DNA of 50,816 bases, taken from Candidatus Firestoneibacteriota bacterium. Lineage in GTDB: Bacteria > Oederibacteriota > D2-FULL-39-29 > CAIOVX01. Each line of letters opens with the position of its first letter. The first letter of the stretch is position 1. The DNA lies in assembly GCA_903916325.1 (NCBI GenBank), contig CAIWWK010000098.1, forward strand, positions 1 through 50,816, in the 5' to 3' direction. The notes below the pieces were generated by a model. The model did not search any database, was not told where the DNA came from, and worked only from the letters and a program-made list of their open reading frames with translations. Positions 45,975 to 50,816 of the stretch are shown piece by piece. Position numbers and translations under genes: made by a program.

Positions 45975-47192
45975 TCAGGACAATTTCCACTTCTTGAATT
46001 CCTGTATTACGCGGTTGACCAGCTTAAAAGTCTCGAACGGCCTTAACTGCGATGTATCCGCTTCATATCCACCGTTTACAAAGGCGTTTACGTGCGGCAT
46101 ATAGCTCAGGTAACCCGTTGAATTATAGAGTATATATGTTTTCTTGAACGGGGAATTCCATTTAATCTCAAGGCCGGGCTCCGCCAGCAGCTCCCCCGGA
46201 ACACCCGCGAAACAAACATCTCCTATTCTGAGAAAAACTACTTCCGCGGTTTCAGTTTTCTTTTTCTCAAACAGCGGCATCATGTGCTTCTTATTCGACG
46301 TGTTAATTGCCATCGTAACTTTTATGGACCTGGTCTCAACAACAGGGTTCTTTATCCTGCAGCGGGTTTCCCTGAGCACCCGGGAAAGGCTCCCTGAAAC
46401 TTTCAAACCAAGACGCCGTCCGAGGCTCTCCATCTTTTTGAAACCGCCTTCGTAGTCATACGGGTGCAGGTCCCCGCAGGCTCCGGTCGTAAAAACGCAA
46501 AAACCTCCGAGATTTCGCTCCACGGTTCTTCTTAACGCTCCGGGGTAATCCGAAGTTATCTTCAGCGACTTGCCTCCGCGCCTCTGGGACGCGAGCGGAT
46601 GGGCGGAATAATTCACTATGTTCGCGAAGTTTTTTCCGGTTCTTCTGCTGATGAAGAAAATAATCCCGAGTTCAGGGTCTGTCACTCCGTCGGCAACGGG
46701 TTTCAAATATTTTTCGTCCGGCAGATAAGCAAACCTGTTGCCGGCAAGCAAAACCCTCCTGTTAATATTCTCATAGACATTTACCGAATGACGGTAGACA
46801 TCTACGGGTTCCATACCGAAAAAAACACCTTCTAAGACTTCGAGCGTCCTCCCGATAAGCCATTCAGAATACTTTTCATCTCTTAAAGATTTTCTGGAAC
46901 CCGAGCGCGAGTGCGGCCCTGAATGAGTATGCGTACAGGCAACAATAATACCGGACTCTTTTATACCCGCCTTCTTCGCGGCCCGCTTCCGAAGCTCAAG
47001 AATGAGAGGCCTGTCCATGCCGATAAGGTCGTAACTGAGCAGCAGGGACTTCCTTCTGCCGTCATTGAAGGCTATGCCTGAAAGCAGCAGATCATCATAC
47101 ACGCCATTGGAAACATTGTCCGGCCCGTATCCCCCGAGCAGGGCGCCGACCTCAGGCGTTATTTTGTTCCTGAAAGTTTTAATTCTCAGCAT
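45975..47192 (-). CDS. Neutral/alkaline ceramidase-like hydrolase of unknown substrate
   Basis: ITP...GY, YDDL, ACTHTHSGP, NRR, NYSAHP, SDYPG, GACGD, PGE, GGYE motifs. Confidence 0.75.
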   Translation of the reverse strand: MLRIKTFRNKITPEVGALLGGYGPDNVSNGVYDDLLLSGIAFNDGRRKSLLLSYDLIGMDRPLILELRKRAAKKAGIKESGIIVACTHTHSGPHSRSGSRKSLRDEKYSEWLIGRTLEVLEGVFFGMEPVDVYRHSVNVYENINRRVLLAGNRFAYLPDEKYLKPVADGVTDPELGIIFFISRRTGKNFANIVNYSAHPLASQRRGGKSLKITSDYPGALRRTVERNLGGFCVFTTGACGDLHPYDYEGGFKKMESLGRRLGLKVSGSLSRVLRETRCRIKNPVVETRSIKVTMAINTSNKKHMMPLFEKKKTETAEVVFLRIGDVCFAGVPGELLAEPGLEIKWNSPFKKTYILYNSTGYLSYMPHVNAFVNGGYEADTSQLRPFETFKLVNRVIQEFKKWKLS

Positions 47193-48130
47193 GATTTCTT
47201 CCTTTTTACGGCGGCGGCCCCCGCTCTCGCGATATCGACATCTTTTAACCCGTACTTTGAGAGCAGTTCTTCAGGCTCGCCTGACTCTCCGAAAGAATCT
47301 TCAACAGCGACAAATTCCACCGGAACAGGGAATGAACATGAAAGCGCTTCCGCGACAGCCGACCCCAGCCCGCCGTTCCTTTGGTGCTCCTCGGCAGTAA
47401 CTATGCATCCGCACTTTTTTGCCGCGTCCTCAACAGCTTGTTTATCAAGAGGTTTTATCGTTGCCATATTAATTACCGCCGCATCCACTCCGGACTTTTC
47501 AAGTAACGCAGCCGCCCGGAGCGCTTCCGGAACCATTATCCCGCAGGCAATAATTGCCAGATCCTTCCCCTCTCTGAGCGTCACTGCTTTCCCGATGGCA
47601 AAAGGGGTTTCTTCTTTTGTTATGATTTCCGAGGCCGTTCTCGCCGTCCTGATATAAACCGGCCCGATGTGCTCCGCGGCCGCGCGAACAACCTTCTTCA
47701 CTTCAAGAGCGTCTGCCGGGCAGATGACCGTCATGTTCGGGAGCGCCCTCATAAGCGCCAGGTCTTCAAGACATTGCGCGGTAGCCCCGTCGGACCCGAC
47801 CGAGATGCCGGCATGCGAGCCTATAAGTTTCACATTGGATTTATTGTAACAGACGGTTATGCGTATCTGATCATAAGCGCGGTTAGTCAGGAATACCGCA
47901 AAGGAACAGACAAAAGGGATAAAACCTTCCTTAGCCATGCCCGCCGCAGTTCCGACCATGTCCTGCTCCGAGATGCCGAGGTTGAAAAACCTGAGGGGAA
48001 ATTCCTTTTTGAAGCCGGCGGCCTTTGTAGAATCCTCCAGGTCGCCTGAAAGGACTACAACCCGTGATTCTCTTTTCCCGAGTTCAACCAACTCTTCTCC
48101 GAACCCGTCCCTGATAGCCCTTAATTCCAT
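47186..48130 (-). CDS. Transketolase, C-terminal subunit
   Basis: GISEQDMVG, RAYDQIR, DGATAQ, PAD, TIKPLD, EEH. Confidence 0.92.
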   Translation of the reverse strand: MELRAIRDGFGEELVELGKRESRVVVLSGDLEDSTKAAGFKKEFPLRFFNLGISEQDMVGTAAGMAKEGFIPFVCSFAVFLTNRAYDQIRITVCYNKSNVKLIGSHAGISVGSDGATAQCLEDLALMRALPNMTVICPADALEVKKVVRAAAEHIGPVYIRTARTASEIITKEETPFAIGKAVTLREGKDLAIIACGIMVPEALRAAALLEKSGVDAAVINMATIKPLDKQAVEDAAKKCGCIVTAEEHQRNGGLGSAVAEALSCSFPVPVEFVAVEDSFGESGEPEELLSKYGLKDVDIARAGAAAVKRKKSC

Positions 48131-48951
48131 TTTTCAAGCTCCAGAAGCGCCGCCGCCAGTTCCATATCGTTTGGGGCCTTGCCGTGCCAATGAGAGTTAA
48201 GTTCCATGAACGAGACGCCTTTCCCCTTAATGGTATTTGCCTTGATAAAATACGGAATGCCCGGCTCTTTTCCGAAAGCGCTAAGCGCCCGAAGTATCTG
48301 CGCCATATCATGTCCGTCTATTTCTTCAACTTTCCAGCCGAATTCCCTCAACTTTCCTGCCGTTGGTTCTATATTTTTAATCTGCGCGACAAGACCGTTC
48401 TGCTGGACTCTATTAGCGTCCAGGATAACGCAAAGATTGTCCAGCTTGTGATGCGCCGAGGTAAGGAAAGCCTCCCAGACCTGGCCCTCCTGCATTTCTC
48501 CGTCTCCCAGCATGCAGTAGATTCCGTGTTTCTCGCCTTTAAGTTTGGCGGCAAGCGCCATGCCGTTCGCGAAAGAGAGCCCCTGTCCCAGGCTGCCGGT
48601 AGATAGTTCAACTCCGGGAACACCGGCATAAACATGCCCCTGAAGCAGAGCCCCCAGCTTCCTGAACCTGTCAAGTTCCGCCTTCGGGAAAAATCCCTTT
48701 TCGGCAAGCACGGTATACAGGGCCGGACTTGCGTGGCCTTTTGACATAATAAATCTATCGCGGGCAGGACTCTGCGGTTGATCAGGGAAAACATTTACTT
48801 TTGAGAAATAAAGCGCCGTGAGGAGGTCAATGCAGGAAAGCGAACCGCCCGGATGGCCGGCGCCCGCCTTGTTTATCATCTTCAATATCTCTATCCGGAA
48901 CTTCCCGGCTCTTTGCTCCAGTTCCTTTATGTCGTTTTTATCCGGCTGCAT
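48121..48951 (-). CDS. Transketolase, N-terminal subunit
   Basis: GHPGGSLS, RDRFIMSKGHASP, LQGH, TGSLGQG, GDGEMQEGQ. Start set at ATG 48951 from the promoter position. Confidence 0.92.
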   Translation of the reverse strand: MQPDKNDIKELEQRAGKFRIEILKMINKAGAGHPGGSLSCIDLLTALYFSKVNVFPDQPQSPARDRFIMSKGHASPALYTVLAEKGFFPKAELDRFRKLGALLQGHVYAGVPGVELSTGSLGQGLSFANGMALAAKLKGEKHGIYCMLGDGEMQEGQVWEAFLTSAHHKLDNLCVILDANRVQQNGLVAQIKNIEPTAGKLREFGWKVEEIDGHDMAQILRALSAFGKEPGIPYFIKANTIKGKGVSFMELNSHWHGKAPNDMELAAALLELEKWN

Positions 48952-48960
48952 GCTTGTCAT

Positions 48961-48989
48961 ATTATACAACACTTTCGACGCCCTTTCAA
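48961..48989 (-). promoter_or_regulatory. Sigma70 promoter of the transketolase operon
   Basis: TTGAAA-17 bp-TATAAT. Confidence 0.7.
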
Positions 48990-48995
48990 AACAAG

Positions 48996-49024
48996 TTGAC
49001 AAATCCGCGCGGCTGGAATAAACT
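48996..49024 (+). promoter_or_regulatory. Sigma70 promoter of the diguanylate cyclase gene
   Basis: TTGACA-17 bp-TAAACT, with a GGAGG RBS before ATG 49050. Confidence 0.7.
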
Positions 49025-49049
49025 TGAATTGAATTAACGGAGGGAACTT

Positions 49050-49979
49050 ATGGTTGAGAGCGCAGCGAAAGATTCCTTTGATGAAATGCAAAAACCGGGA
49101 GCAGACTTCTCCGAAGCGTCGGCTTTCAGGACCCAGGCATTTAAGTATCTCTCGGAAAGATCGAGAACATTCGGCTTTATCGCCGGCTTTCTCTCTCTTG
49201 CTGCCGTCGCTTTTCTTGATTACGCAACCGGCAATGAAATTGTGATGGTCTTGCTCTATCTTATCCCAATCATATTGACTTCCTGGCTTTTAAGCAGGAG
49301 GGCAGCTTTGATCTTCCCTGTTTTATGCGGTCTTTCCCTGATTAGCATAGACCTGCTCAACGGTCATGTTTACAAGAATAGCCTGGTGCTTGTCTGGAAC
49401 GGAGCCACAATACTCGCAACCTTCATTATCATTACACTTGTATTCCAGGCGCTGAAACAGGCGTATCTGGATGAAAGAAAACTTGCGCGTTACGATATCA
49501 TGACCGGCATCCCGAACAGGAAGATGTTCTACGAGGAACTCGACAAAGAAGCCTACAGGACAGGCAGGTACGGAAGGCCTTTCACGGTAGCCTACATAGA
49601 CATGGATAATTTCAAGCGCATAAACGACACGCTCGGGCACAACAGCGGGGATGAACTCCTCCGGTTCGTAGCGAATTCCATCCGTAGAAACATCCGTATT
49701 TCAGATATAGTCGCGCGGATGGGAGGGGATGAATTCATCCTGCTTTTGCCGGAAACCAATCAGGAGAGGGCAAGACTGGTTATTTCCAAACTGCTCAGGC
49801 ATCTGAACTCCGCCATTAACAAAGAAATCTGGCCTGTTTCTTTCAGTATAGGCGTTTTAAGCTGTGAATCCGGTTCCTGTAACGCCAGGGAAATGATTAA
49901 GAAAGCGGATGAACTGATGTATGAAGTAAAAAGGACCGGCAAGAACAGCGCGAAATTCGGGAAGTTCGGGAAATACTGA
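49050..49979 (+). CDS. Membrane-bound diguanylate cyclase
   Basis: About four N-terminal TM helices; DIMTGIPNR, DMDNFKRIND..GH..GD, I-site RISD and intact GGDEF. Confidence 0.93.
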   Translation: MVESAAKDSFDEMQKPGADFSEASAFRTQAFKYLSERSRTFGFIAGFLSLAAVAFLDYATGNEIVMVLLYLIPIILTSWLLSRRAALIFPVLCGLSLISIDLLNGHVYKNSLVLVWNGATILATFIIITLVFQALKQAYLDERKLARYDIMTGIPNRKMFYEELDKEAYRTGRYGRPFTVAYIDMDNFKRINDTLGHNSGDELLRFVANSIRRNIRISDIVARMGGDEFILLLPETNQERARLVISKLLRHLNSAINKEIWPVSFSIGVLSCESGSCNAREMIKKADELMYEVKRTGKNSAKFGKFGKY

Positions 49980-49998
49980 CGCTTTGCCGGGCTTCTGC

Positions 49999-50816
49999 TT
50001 AGGGATTTAAGTTTTCCAGTTCATGTGACAGGTTAAGCCACTCTTCCTGCAGTTTCTTGGCTTTCTCTTCGTCAAGTTTAAGCTGTTTTACCTGCTCCGG
50101 ATGGCCGGGGTCTTTGTAAAACTCCGGGCTCTCCATCTCTTTTATCATCTCAGCGTTCTTGGCGTGAAGCACGGTCATCTCCAGGTTTATCTCTTCTATT
50201 CTCGCGGCAAGTTCTTTCTTCTTGTGCGCGACCATAGACGGATTCACCCTTTTTTTCTTTTCCTGAGGCGCGGGTTTTACCGCAGGCTTCTCTTTCGGAG
50301 CAGTTGTTCTTTCTTTTAAGGGAATCCCGACGGTCTCTCCCATGAGCTTCTTTTTCTCGACATAATAATCATACCCGCCCGCGAAAGGAATAAGGCGGCC
50401 ATTATTCACCTCTACAATTTTATTGGAGATTGAGCGGATAAAATGCACGTCGTGGCTGATGAAACAGATAGTACCTGTGTAGTCATTGAGGGCCTTTATA
50501 AGGATGTCCCTTGACGGAATATCCAAATGATTCGTCGGCTCGTCCATCAGTATGAAGTTTGGGGGGTTTATCAGCACTTTTGCAAGGACCAACCGGCTTT
50601 TTTCCCCGCCGCTTAAGACTTTCACTTCCTTAAAAACATCGTCGCCGCGGAACATAAACATGCCCAGCATCTTCCTAAGCGACAGTTCTGCCGCCATCGG
50701 CGCCGCGGAATCAAGTTCCTGGAGCACCGTATTATCAGGATTAAGCACATCAAGCCGGTACTGCGGGTAGTAAACCGCGTTCACGTTGAAACCCAGTCGC
50801 CGCTTTCCGCTCTCGA
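49999..50816 (-). CDS. ABC-F family ATPase, partial (5' part lies beyond the window)
   Basis: LSGGEKSRL, LMDEPTNHLD, ISHD, C-terminal coiled coil; frame stays open to the window edge. Confidence 0.92.
   Translation of the reverse strand, partial: ESGKRRLGFNVNAVYYPQYRLDVLNPDNTVLQELDSAAPMAAELSLRKMLGMFMFRGDDVFKEVKVLSGGEKSRLVLAKVLINPPNFILMDEPTNHLDIPSRDILIKALNDYTGTICFISHDVHFIRSISNKIVEVNNGRLIPFAGGYDYYVEKKKLMGETVGIPLKERTTAPKEKPAVKPAPQEKKKRVNPSMVAHKKKELAARIEEINLEMTVLHAKNAEMIKEMESPEFYKDPGHPEQVKQLKLDEEKAKKLQEEWLNLSHELENLNP

Overview
Bacterial chromosomal window, mostly minus-strand housekeeping genes: sugar-nucleotide genes (partial epimerase, UPF0104 membrane protein, galU), nusB, an FMN-riboswitch-controlled ribD-ribE-ribBA-ribH operon, carB-tatC-MBL-pyrK-pyrD, tRNA-Leu(CAA), smpB, queD/queE, the rpsB-tsf-pyrH-frr-uppS-cdsA-dxr-rseP-ispG cluster, a split transketolase, a diguanylate cyclase and a partial ABC-F. 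The accessory centre is a 15.4-kb gene for a ~5,140-aa multidomain surface protein with a T9SS-like/FlgD C-terminal domain. It is translationally coupled to a PorV-like beta-barrel gene and carries a candidate HF/T autoproteolysis motif. Three non-coding signals stand out. (1) A 108-bp non-autonomous IS200/IS605-type mini-element (2638-2745) has two ends that obey the IS608 guide/cleavage pairing code, and removing it restores the interrupted repeat. (2) A dispersed family of 9-mer repeat arrays begins at the Leu-TAA end of four unrelated genes. (3) uppS appears to need a non-canonical start codon. Product calls come from motif recognition only; no searches were run, and taxonomy cannot be fixed from this window.
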